Positions 1-7,273 of a stretch of DNA of 32,000 nt are shown piece after piece. The notes under the pieces are model-generated. The model was not told the DNA's origin and made no database searches. It worked only from the letters and a program-made list of their open reading frames with translations. Numbering within the stretch: the first letter of the stretch is position 1; each line of letters starts with the position of its first letter. This stretch comes from Alphaproteobacteria bacterium (GTDB taxonomy: Bacteria > Pseudomonadota > Alphaproteobacteria > JAJFFI01): the NCBI GenBank assembly GCA_030066595.1, contig JASJBI010000026.1:30693-62692 (forward strand), in the 5' to 3' direction. Made by a program: the position numbers and the translations under genes.

Positions 1-335
1 GTGCGTAGCAGGGTGTTGAGCGGCACGGGAATGATGCCCGCCTTGATCGCACCCCAGAACAGATAGAAGAACGCCGGGCAGTCCTTAACCACCATCAGCA
101 GCCGGTCGCCCGGCGCGATGCCGAGGTCCAGGAGTGCATTTCCTGCGCGGTTCACCTGCGCGGCAAGCGCGCCATAGGTCACGCTCTCTCCCGCGGTCGT
201 TCGGATTGCAACCTTTTCTCCGCGACCCTCGTGCAGGTGCCGGTCGATGAACGGAACGGCCACGTTGAAGATCGGCGGAAAGGCGATGCGTGTCCCGGCC
301 TCGTCCGCGTGCAAGACGACGTGATGGTCGGTCAT
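1..335 (-). CDS. Aryl-CoA ligase (benzoate / 2-aminobenzoate-CoA ligase family). Only the N-terminal 111 codons are present; the 3' part lies beyond the window start.
   Basis: This ORF is not in the ORF track. My own minus-strand translation from ATG 335..333 reads MTDHHVVLHADEAGTRIAFPPIFNVAVPFIDRHLHEGRGEKVAIRTTAGESVTYGALAAQVNRAGNALLDLGIAPGDRLLMVVKDCPAFFYLFWGAIKAGIIPVPLNTLL. That is the typical N-terminus of benzoate-CoA-ligase-type adenylating enzymes. A purine-rich AAGGGGGGA lies upstream. The start is 19 nt after the stop of the preceding same-strand gene. Confidence 0.7.
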   Translation of the reverse strand, partial: MTDHHVVLHADEAGTRIAFPPIFNVAVPFIDRHLHEGRGEKVAIRTTAGESVTYGALAAQVNRAGNALLDLGIAPGDRLLMVVKDCPAFFYLFWGAIKAGIIPVPLNTLLR

Positions 336-354
336 GTGGCGTTCCCCCCTTGCC

Positions 355-2685
355 TCATTCGGCGGCGGCGCGCAGATGGCGCGGCCGGGTTTCCGAAATC
401 AGCTCCCGCTGCCGATCGTTCTCCCGGACGGCCAGCCGTTCGCTCTGCGACTTGGCCGTCAGATACTGCTTCGGCCATGTCTGCGCGCCGTAGCCGTAAT
501 GCGCCGCCGCGTTCAGGGTGAAATGCGGATTGGCGAGATGCGGGCGGGCCAAAGCGCAGAGGTCGGCGCGGCCGGCCGCGATGATGGTGTTGATCTGGTC
601 GGCGGTGGTGATGTTGCCGACCGCGATCGTTGGAATGCCGGCCTCCTGGCGGATCTGGTCGCTGAACGGCACTTGGAACATGCGGCCATAGACGGGCCTG
701 GCCTCGGTAGTGGTCTGCCCCGCGGAGACGTCGATGATGTCGCAGCCATGGGCTTTCAGAAGGCGGGCGACCTCGACCGCGTCGTCGCCGGTAAGCCCTC
801 CGTCCGCCACCCAATCGGTCGCCGAAATGCGCACCGAAATCGGCTTTTCCTCCGGCCAGGACGCGCGCACCCCGTCGAACACCTCGAGCGGGAAACGCAT
901 CCGGTTCGCCACTGCGCCCCCGTATTCGTCCGTGCGGACATTGGTCAGCGGCGAGATGAAGGAGGACAGCAGATAGCCGTGCGCCATGTGCAGCTCGAGG
1001 ATGTCGAAGCCGGCCTCGGCCGCCATCGCCGCCGCCCGCGCAAAGTCGTCCCGCACTTTGTCCATGTCGGCGCGGTCCATCTCCTTGGGCACCTGGCTGT
1101 GCGGCAGGAAGGGCAGGGGAGAGGCCGAGATCAGCGGCCAGTTGCCGTCCGGCAGGGGCTCGTCCATGCCCTCCCAGGCCAGGCGGGTCGAGCCCTTGCG
1201 TCCGGCATGGGCGAGCTGCATGCCGATCTTGGCGGACGTGTGGGCGTGCACGAAATCGACGATCCGCCGCCAGGCGGTCACGTGCTCGTCCTTGTACATC
1301 CCGGCACAGCCGGGAGTGATGCGCCCCTCACGGCTGACATCCGTCATCTCGCAGAACACCAGACCGGCGCCGCCGCGGGCGAGACTACCCAGATGCGCCA
1401 GATGCCAGTCGCCGACCGTGCCGTCCTCGGCCGAGTATTGGCACATGGGCGAGACGACGACGCGGTTTGACAGCACCAGATTTCGCAGGCGGAGGGGCGT
1501 GAACATCGGCGGCGGCGGATCTTCGGGAACGTCGAAGCCCTGCGCCTCTGCCGCCTGTCCGGCGAACCAGCGGTCGACCCCGGCGATATAGTCCGGGTCG
1601 CGCAGGCGCAGGTTCTCGTAGGTCACGCCCTTGGTGCGCGAAAGAAAGCTGAAGACGTATTGCTGCGGCTCGAAGCCGTTATAGCGTCGGGCGTTCTCGT
1701 ACCATTTCAGACTGACGTATGCCGAACTCTGCAGCGCGCCGACCTCGTCCCGGCGCTTCGCCTCATAGGCCGCCAGGGCCTCGGGCACGTTCGCGTGGCT
1801 GTCGAGCGCGCCGGCCAGCGCGGCGGCCCCTTCCATCGCGATCTTGGTGCCCGAGCCGATCGAGAACTGTGCGGTGTGTGCGGCGTCGCCCAGCAGCACC
1901 ACATTGTCGAAATGCCAGCGCGCGTTCGAGATCATCGGGAAGTTACGCCAGATCGAGCGGTTGGACAGCAGCGGATGCCCGTCCAGTTCGGGCGCATACA
2001 TTTCCTCGAAATAGGCCAGCGTGTCGGCTTCGCTCGCGCCCTCGAAGCCCGCCTTGCGCCAGGTGTCCTCGTGGCATTCGACGATCCAGGTGGTGGCGTT
2101 CTTGGCGTACTGGTAGGCGTGCACATAGAACCAGCCGTGCTCGTTCGGCCGGAAAATGAAGGTGAAGGGGCCGAAGGTCTTGGTCGTCCCGAGCCAGACG
2201 AACTTGGTCTTGCGCTGATCGATGGAGGGCGCGAACCGGTCCTGATAGGTCTCGCGCACCAGGCTGTTCACGCCGTCCGCGCCGACCAGCAAATCGCAGT
2301 CCCGGCGCAGCGCCTCGAGATCCGAGACTTCGGTCTCGAATTGCATGCGGACGCCCAGCTCGGCACAGCGGGCCTGCAGGATATGCAGAAGCTGCTTGCG
2401 GGCGATGCCACAGAAGCCGTGCCCGCCCGATCGGATCGCCTGATCCCGATAACGGACCTCGATGGTGTCCCAATAGGCGAACGAATCGGTGATCGCTTGG
2501 AAGCTCTCGTCATCGAACCCCAGGAAGTGGCCCAGTGTCTCGTCGGAGAAGACGACGCCGAAGCCGAAGGTGTCGTCCGGCCGGTTGCGCTCGTAGATGA
2601 CCACATCATGGACGGGGTCGGCCTTCTTCATCAGAAGACCGAGATAGAGCCCGGCCGGCCCACCGCCGACTATGGAGATCTTCAT
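355..2685 (-). CDS. Bifunctional aryl-CoA monooxygenase/reductase (2-aminobenzoyl-CoA monooxygenase/reductase or salicylyl-CoA 5-hydroxylase family).
   Basis: The 776-aa ORF has an N-terminal FAD monooxygenase half ([16 protein letters not shown] dinucleotide fold; [15 protein letters not shown]). It is fused to a C-terminal Old-Yellow-Enzyme-type NADH:flavin oxidoreductase half ([16 protein letters not shown]; HAGRKGS; [16 protein letters not shown]). It sits next to an aryl-CoA ligase. Confidence 0.85.
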   Translation of the reverse strand: MKISIVGGGPAGLYLGLLMKKADPVHDVVIYERNRPDDTFGFGVVFSDETLGHFLGFDDESFQAITDSFAYWDTIEVRYRDQAIRSGGHGFCGIARKQLLHILQARCAELGVRMQFETEVSDLEALRRDCDLLVGADGVNSLVRETYQDRFAPSIDQRKTKFVWLGTTKTFGPFTFIFRPNEHGWFYVHAYQYAKNATTWIVECHEDTWRKAGFEGASEADTLAYFEEMYAPELDGHPLLSNRSIWRNFPMISNARWHFDNVVLLGDAAHTAQFSIGSGTKIAMEGAAALAGALDSHANVPEALAAYEAKRRDEVGALQSSAYVSLKWYENARRYNGFEPQQYVFSFLSRTKGVTYENLRLRDPDYIAGVDRWFAGQAAEAQGFDVPEDPPPPMFTPLRLRNLVLSNRVVVSPMCQYSAEDGTVGDWHLAHLGSLARGGAGLVFCEMTDVSREGRITPGCAGMYKDEHVTAWRRIVDFVHAHTSAKIGMQLAHAGRKGSTRLAWEGMDEPLPDGNWPLISASPLPFLPHSQVPKEMDRADMDKVRDDFARAAAMAAEAGFDILELHMAHGYLLSSFISPLTNVRTDEYGGAVANRMRFPLEVFDGVRASWPEEKPISVRISATDWVADGGLTGDDAVEVARLLKAHGCDIIDVSAGQTTTEARPVYGRMFQVPFSDQIRQEAGIPTIAVGNITTADQINTIIAAGRADLCALARPHLANPHFTLNAAAHYGYGAQTWPKQYLTAKSQSERLAVRENDRQRELISETRPRHLRAAAE

Positions 2686-2753
2686 TGCGATGCCCTCCCA
2701 GGCTTGCCAGGCTCATCTCAGGCCGGGCTTGCCGCCTCTTGCCGCTATTTTAA

Positions 2754-2780
2754 TTGCAAATGGAAAAATTGCAATTGCAA
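2754..2780. promoter_or_regulatory. Candidate operator: a TTGCAA half-site plus the perfect 12-bp palindrome TTGCAATTGCAA in an AT-rich patch.
   Basis: TTGCAA lies at 2754..2759 and TTGCAATTGCAA, its own reverse complement, at 2769..2780. Both sit in the 118-nt gap between the MarR gene stop and the monooxygenase start. This is the only AT-rich patch in an otherwise roughly 70% GC region. Confidence 0.4.
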
Positions 2781-2803
2781 ATATAAATTTCGCGGAAACG
2801 CCG

Positions 2804-3313
2804 TTAACTCCGGCGCGCGCTCGTGCGGGCCGAGCGCCGGGTTGGCGCCGCAGGCGCCGGCGACTCCTCCGCCCCATCGAACCGTTCCATGCTTTCGTAC
2901 ACCCGGACGAGCATGCTCTTGAGGAGGGCGCTCTCCTTCTTGGTGAAGCCGGTCAACATGGTCGATTCGTAGTCGAGCGCAATCGGAATCAGTTTCTCCG
3001 TGATGCGGCGGCCCTTGGCGGACAGGGCGATGGTCACGGTCCGCCCGTCGCCCCCGGACCTGCGACGGCGCGCCAGACCCCGCCTCTCGAGCCCGCCAAT
3101 CAGTCGAGACAGTGTCGACACCTCTAGGCTGGTCATCTGCGCGAGCGCGCCGAGACTTTGGTTCGGCTGGTGCCAGAGGGCGGCAAGGACGCGCCATTTC
3201 TGGATTGTGAGGTCGTGGACCATCAGCTCGCGGCCGAAAGCCCGCGCAACGCGGGTGCCGGCGCGATTGAGCAGGTACGGAAGAAACGTCGCGAGATCGA
3301 ACATGACGGCCAT
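2804..3313 (-). CDS. MarR-family transcriptional regulator.
   Basis: The track ORF is 2804..3478. I place the start at ATG 3313 (MAVMFDLATFLPYLLNRAG...). It has a winged-helix MarR core: LTIQKWRVLAALWHQPNQSLGALAQMTSLEVSTLSRLIGGLERRGLARRRRSGGDGRTVTIALSAKG. It is on the same strand as the aryl-CoA genes and directly upstream of them. Confidence 0.85.
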   Translation of the reverse strand: MAVMFDLATFLPYLLNRAGTRVARAFGRELMVHDLTIQKWRVLAALWHQPNQSLGALAQMTSLEVSTLSRLIGGLERRGLARRRRSGGDGRTVTIALSAKGRRITEKLIPIALDYESTMLTGFTKKESALLKSMLVRVYESMERFDGAEESPAPAAPTRRSARTSARRS

Positions 3314-3733
3314 ATGCGTTCGGGTCGGATCAAATGCCACCGGGCCTAAGGGACTGTCCGGAAGAGTGAATCCCAGTAACCGGATTGGGGGCGCAGTCTC
3401 AATGCAGCCTGTATGCTCCGCAATACCCACTAAAGTGCTATCAGTGGAGTCCTTTCGAGCCGTCTCCGCGCGACCCAAGGCACGAAGACGGAGTCTCGAT
3501 TGAAGCCCGCGCAGGAATAGATGGCTCGGTCGGAAATCTCATCACCGGCTAATGCGACTTGTCCTTTGTTCCCTGAATAGATCGCCAAGACAGGCTGAGC
3601 ATCATTCAAGTTGTGAACCTTGACCGGTGCTTAAATCCTGCACCGGCCCCACCTATGCGTTCATCTTTTCTTAACCAGCCCTGTTTACTTCTTGTAAACC
3701 ATATTGGACTGCTTGTTGCAGAGGCGATATCAG

Positions 3734-4765
3734 ATGCTAAACCAGCGGCACAAAGTGCTCCTTGTCGAAGGCAAAGAGGAGCAGGCGGGCGATGTCGGAT
3801 CACGGCTGGAGCAAAAGTCCGGGGACCTTGGCGGTGTGGCGCACGCCGACTCAGGGTTCGAGGACGCATCCCGGATGGCCTCCGATATCCGCATCACGGA
3901 GACCGGATGGTCTGGCGCGACGCCTTATCTGGTGGCCCTCGGGAAAATCACCGCCTGCGTCCATCTTGAGCGCGGCGCGCGCATCGCGAGGCAGGCCGCA
4001 GATCAGTCGAGTCAGATCGCGTCTCAGTTCCTGGCCAATGTGAGCCACGAATTGCGGACGCCGCTCAACTCGATCATCGGCTTCTCCGATCTCATGCTGG
4101 CCGGCCTGCGCAGCGACGTTCGGGACGACGAGCAGCGCGAGTATCTGCGGTACATCCGCTCAAGCGGCGCGCATCTGCTCGAGCTGATCAACGGTATTTT
4201 GGATCTGTCCAAGGCGGAAGCGGGCCAGCTCGAGTTGGCGGTCGAGAAATGCGACGTGCGGGAGCTCTTGGATGTCACGGTCCGCGCGCTCGAGACGCAA
4301 GCCGCGGCCAAGTCCATCCGGATTCAGAGACAGCCCGTGGCCCGCGGCCTCGCGGTCATGGCCGACAAGATCAAGATCGGGCAGGTTCTCCTGAACCTGG
4401 CCTCAAACGCGGTCAAATTCACGGATGAGGGCGGGGAAGTCACGATCGCCGCCATCCGCATGACCAGCGGCGAGGTCCGGTTCACGGTTAGCGACACCGG
4501 CGTCGGCATGCCCGCCAGCATGATCCCCAAGGCCTTCGCCGCCTTCTCCCGGGCCGGCAACGCCTATACCACGCGCAGGAAAGCCGAGGGCGTTGGCCTG
4601 GGCCTGGCGCTGGCCAGGCGGCTGACCGAAATACATGGCGGAACCATCGCCATGGAGAGCGAAGAAGGCCGGGGCAGCAAAGTCACGGTGATGTTGCCGC
4701 CCGAGCGGACGACGGATCTGCCGTACCCCGAATCAAGCCCCGGACGGCGCGCCGACGCCAACTGA
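3734..4765 (+). CDS. Soluble sensor histidine kinase (HisKA + HATPase_c) with a short degenerate receiver-like N-terminus.
   Basis: Motifs present: H-box FLANVSHELRTPLNSIIGFSDLM, N-box LLNLASNAVKFT, G1 DTGVGM, G2 GVGLGLALARRL. I see no hydrophobic TM segment. I chose the start at ATG 3734 (MLNQRHKVLLVEGKEE), which is in frame within track ORF 3704..4765. Confidence 0.85.
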   Translation: MLNQRHKVLLVEGKEEQAGDVGSRLEQKSGDLGGVAHADSGFEDASRMASDIRITETGWSGATPYLVALGKITACVHLERGARIARQAADQSSQIASQFLANVSHELRTPLNSIIGFSDLMLAGLRSDVRDDEQREYLRYIRSSGAHLLELINGILDLSKAEAGQLELAVEKCDVRELLDVTVRALETQAAAKSIRIQRQPVARGLAVMADKIKIGQVLLNLASNAVKFTDEGGEVTIAAIRMTSGEVRFTVSDTGVGMPASMIPKAFAAFSRAGNAYTTRRKAEGVGLGLALARRLTEIHGGTIAMESEEGRGSKVTVMLPPERTTDLPYPESSPGRRADAN

Positions 4766-4785
4766 GAGGGCCGCCGATCGTCCGC

Positions 4786-4824
4786 CCGAACGGGCCCATC
4801 GGCTGCCCGTTCGGCGCTCGTTTC
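4786..4824 (+). terminator. Candidate intrinsic terminator after the first kinase gene.
   Basis: A perfect 10-bp stem pairs CCGAACGGGC (4786..4795) with GCCCGTTCGG (4805..4814) around a 9-nt loop. It is followed by CGCTCGTTTCGG and begins 21 nt after the stop codon. The T-tract is weak. Confidence 0.45.
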
Positions 4825-5010
4825 GGAATCGAAACCGCCGTTAAGATTTCGTTAACCAATCCGAATTAGCTAGCTGTTAACTATTGTGGCATTGCGGCTC
4901 GGCCGGCCGGCCGGGCTCGGCATCCGGGAGACCAGCTCGCGTTGCGCATGACGAACAGACCGATCGCGAGTTCTCCCGGGTCCATGTGTCTGCTTGGACA
5001 CGCATAGCCG

Positions 5011-6549
5011 ATGGCGCGGGCGCCCCTGACGGTTCTTGTCGTCGCATCGCATACCGGCCAAGCCGAGCGATTTCAGGCCCTTCTCGAACGCCAGGACCCG
5101 ACGCGGATCCGGCTGCGGAGCTGCAGCCGGGCCAGCCAGGTCTTGGTCGAAACGACCGAGAAACAGGTCGACGCCATGGTCGTCGCCTTGGCGTCCGCCG
5201 ACAAGACCGGCGTCATGGACATCGAACGGGTCTGCGTGCTGGTGCCCGAGACGGCGGTTATCGTGCTGACCGAGGTCGAGGACGAGGACCTAGACCGCCA
5301 GCTGGTCCAAGCCGGGGCCCAGGACGTCATCGCCGCCGCCGCGCTCGACTCCCCGGACCTGGTCGCCCGTATCCGGAACGCCGTCGATCGCCAGCGCCAG
5401 ATGGTCGAGCAGGCCACCCGCCGCCATCATCTGGAGGTCGCCAACCAGCGGTTCCGCAGCCTGATCAGCGACCGGTTCCGCAGCCTGGTCATGGACAACG
5501 CCGACGCCATGCTGGTGCTCGACAAGGGCGGCAACACCTGCTTCATCAACCCGGCCGCGGAGACGCTGCTGCGCGACCAGAGCGGCGACCTGATCGGCAG
5601 CCGGTTTGCCAACCTCTCCGATATCGATGAAGAGACCGAGATCGAGGTGCCGCGTGCCGACGGCTCGGTGCTGGTCGCGGCCATGCGCATCATGGACACG
5701 GTTTGGGAGGGCGAGGACGCCTACATCGTCACCCTGCACGACATCACCGAACGCAAGCGTCTCGAGCGGGCCATGCGGGCCGCCAAGCAGACCGCCGAGC
5801 GGGCGAGCAAGATGAAATCCCTGTTCCTCGCCAATATGAGCCACGAGCTGCGCACGCCGTTGAACGCCATCATCGGCTTTGCCGAGCTCATGGAAGCGCA
5901 GGCGTTCGGTCCGCTTGGGCACAAGAAGTATCTCGAATACGCCCGCCACATCACCCAAAGCGGCGGGCACCTTTTGGAGCTGATCAACGGGCTCCTGGAT
6001 CTCTCGAAGGCGGAGGCGGGCAAGCTCGAACTGCGTCGCGAGGAGTTCGATCTCGGCACGGTGATCCGCGGCACGGTCGAGGTCATGGAGGCCCGCGCCC
6101 GCCGCGGCAAGGTCCGTCTGCGCACGGAGCTGCAAGACGAGCCCTTCCGGGTGATGGCCGACCGGCTCAAGATCCGGCAGATCATGCTCAATCTGTTGTC
6201 GAATGCCGTGAAGTTCACGCCCGAGGGCGGCGAGGTGCGGGTTTCGGTCGCCTGCGGCCGCGACAATCAGATCGAGATCCAGGTGATAGACACCGGGATC
6301 GGCATGCCGAGGGATCAGATCCCCAAGGCGTTCGCGGCCTTCAACCAGGTGGAGAACGCCTGGACCAAAAAGCTGGCCGAGGGCAGCGGCCTGGGCCTGG
6401 CGCTCACCAAACGGTTGGTCGAGCTGCACGGCGGCACGATCAAGCTGACCAGCGAGGTGGGCGTCGGCACGACAGCCACGGTGCTGCTGCCCTGCAAGCC
6501 GCAAAGCGGCGCGAAGTCCGAGAACGAGACCCTGCCGGTCACCGCCTAG
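5011..6549 (+). CDS. Sensor histidine kinase with an N-terminal receiver-like (pseudo-receiver) domain, a PAS-like region, HisKA and HATPase_c.
   Basis: The ORF is 512 aa. Motifs present: H-box FLANMSHELRTPLNAIIGFAELM, N-box LLNLLSNAVKFT, DTGIGM, GSGLGLALTKRL. A PAS-like segment reads FRSLVMDNADAMLVLDKGGNTCFINPAAETLL...ITERKRLE. The N-terminus, LTVLVVASHTG...DAMVVALASADKTG...VIVLTE, resembles CheY but lacks the acidic residues. Confidence 0.85.
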   Translation: MARAPLTVLVVASHTGQAERFQALLERQDPTRIRLRSCSRASQVLVETTEKQVDAMVVALASADKTGVMDIERVCVLVPETAVIVLTEVEDEDLDRQLVQAGAQDVIAAAALDSPDLVARIRNAVDRQRQMVEQATRRHHLEVANQRFRSLISDRFRSLVMDNADAMLVLDKGGNTCFINPAAETLLRDQSGDLIGSRFANLSDIDEETEIEVPRADGSVLVAAMRIMDTVWEGEDAYIVTLHDITERKRLERAMRAAKQTAERASKMKSLFLANMSHELRTPLNAIIGFAELMEAQAFGPLGHKKYLEYARHITQSGGHLLELINGLLDLSKAEAGKLELRREEFDLGTVIRGTVEVMEARARRGKVRLRTELQDEPFRVMADRLKIRQIMLNLLSNAVKFTPEGGEVRVSVACGRDNQIEIQVIDTGIGMPRDQIPKAFAAFNQVENAWTKKLAEGSGLGLALTKRLVELHGGTIKLTSEVGVGTTATVLLPCKPQSGAKSENETLPVTA

Positions 6550-6583
6550 CGGGCTCTGGAAATGCGTCTGAGAGCGGCAGCGA

Positions 6584-6681
6584 CCTCACCCTTCGACAAG
6601 CTCAGGATGAGGTTAGGTTGAGGCCCGTTCTTCAGGATACGCTCACCCTCACACTGAGCCTGTCGAAAGTGCGGGGGTGAG
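6584..6681. repeat. REP/MITE-like imperfect inverted repeat (palindromic intergenic element).
   Basis: Arm 1 is CCTCACCCTTCGACAAGCTCAGGATGAGG (6584..6612). Arm 2 is CCTCACACTGAGCCTGTCGAAAGTGCGGGGGTGAG (6647..6681). The arms pair through TTCGACAAGCTCAGGATGAGG and CCTCACACTGAGCCTGTCGAA. The unit resembles the dispersed TCGACAAGCTCAGGATGAGG-type intergenic repeats seen in many alphaproteobacteria; that comparison is from memory. Confidence 0.5.
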
Positions 6682-6854
6682 CCCGGATCGTCGCTCAGCT
6701 GCCTGATCTAGAGCACTTTCCGACCATATGGCGTCAATTCTGTTGCGGTTTGGGCGCGGCAGCCCGCCAGGCGCCGTCCGAAACGCGATGCAGCGCATCG
6801 GGTGAGGGCGGGAACGCCGCGGATGCCCGCCCAAACGCAACCCAGTCGGGCCGG

Positions 6855-6941
6855 GGCCTTTTTCGCCATGACGTCGTCGATCGCCTTGCCCGTATGACGG
6901 ATACGCTCTGCGGCAACTTCCTAGTCATGGCGAAAAAAGCC
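6855..6941. repeat. An 18-bp inverted repeat (17/18 match) with a 51-nt spacer.
   Basis: GGCCTTTTTCGCCATGAC (6855..6872) pairs with GTCATGGCGAAAAAAGCC (6924..6941), whose reverse complement is GGCTTTTTTCGCCATGAC. It lies in non-coding DNA at the left edge of the lower-GC insert. Confidence 0.5.
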
Positions 6942-7030
6942 TCCGGCAGAATGGATCCATATGGTCGGAAAATGCATTAGGCGCCTCCGGGAATCGAGAG
7001 ATCCGTTTCACAGATCGTTGATCCGCGTCA

Positions 7031-7213
7031 TTGCCGCCCGACGCGGCTGTGGCCACCCTCACGCGGCCGGACGGGAGAGCAGCCTTGCGCGTGCCGAACA
7101 AGAACCTCTGGAAAGACTTCGAAACCTGGCGGCGGATGTCGAGCTATGTGATCGTCGTCCTCATGCTGCTGGCCTTGGCATTCTACGTTGTCGCCGAAAT
7201 CGTGAACGGCTGA
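7031..7213 (+). CDS. Hypothetical small single-pass membrane protein. The start is uncertain.
   Basis: The ORF track gives a 60-aa product ending in a clear hydrophobic helix, SSYVIVVLMLLALAFYVVAEIV. I recognise no family. Internal starts at GTG 7091 or ATG 7136 are possible. Confidence 0.25.
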   Translation: MPPDAAVATLTRPDGRAALRVPNKNLWKDFETWRRMSSYVIVVLMLLALAFYVVAEIVNG

Positions 7214-7273
7214 GACGGGGGTGGCGCCAGTGGCGGCAGTCGTGAATGTCTCGACGATCAAGCTGGCGGGCGT

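Noticed and set aside
334-2922. Long plus-strand ORFs 334..1470 (378 aa), 986..1591 and 1660..2922 (420 aa), which lie antisense to the monooxygenase/reductase gene.
   Set aside because: Their products are Arg/Gly/Ala/Pro-rich and low-complexity, with no recognisable motif. They are the usual shadow ORFs of a roughly 70% GC gene, and the opposite strand encodes a clearly recognisable 776-aa enzyme.
6667-6681. GTGCGGGGGTGAG resembles the tRNA-Leu 3' end (GTGCGGGTGGGGAG at 17923..17936), so it could be an att-type direct repeat bounding an island from 6.7 to 17.9 kb.
   Set aside because: The match is only about 12 of 15 positions and is G-rich and low-complexity. It falls inside the arm of the REP-like inverted repeat, which explains the sequence better.
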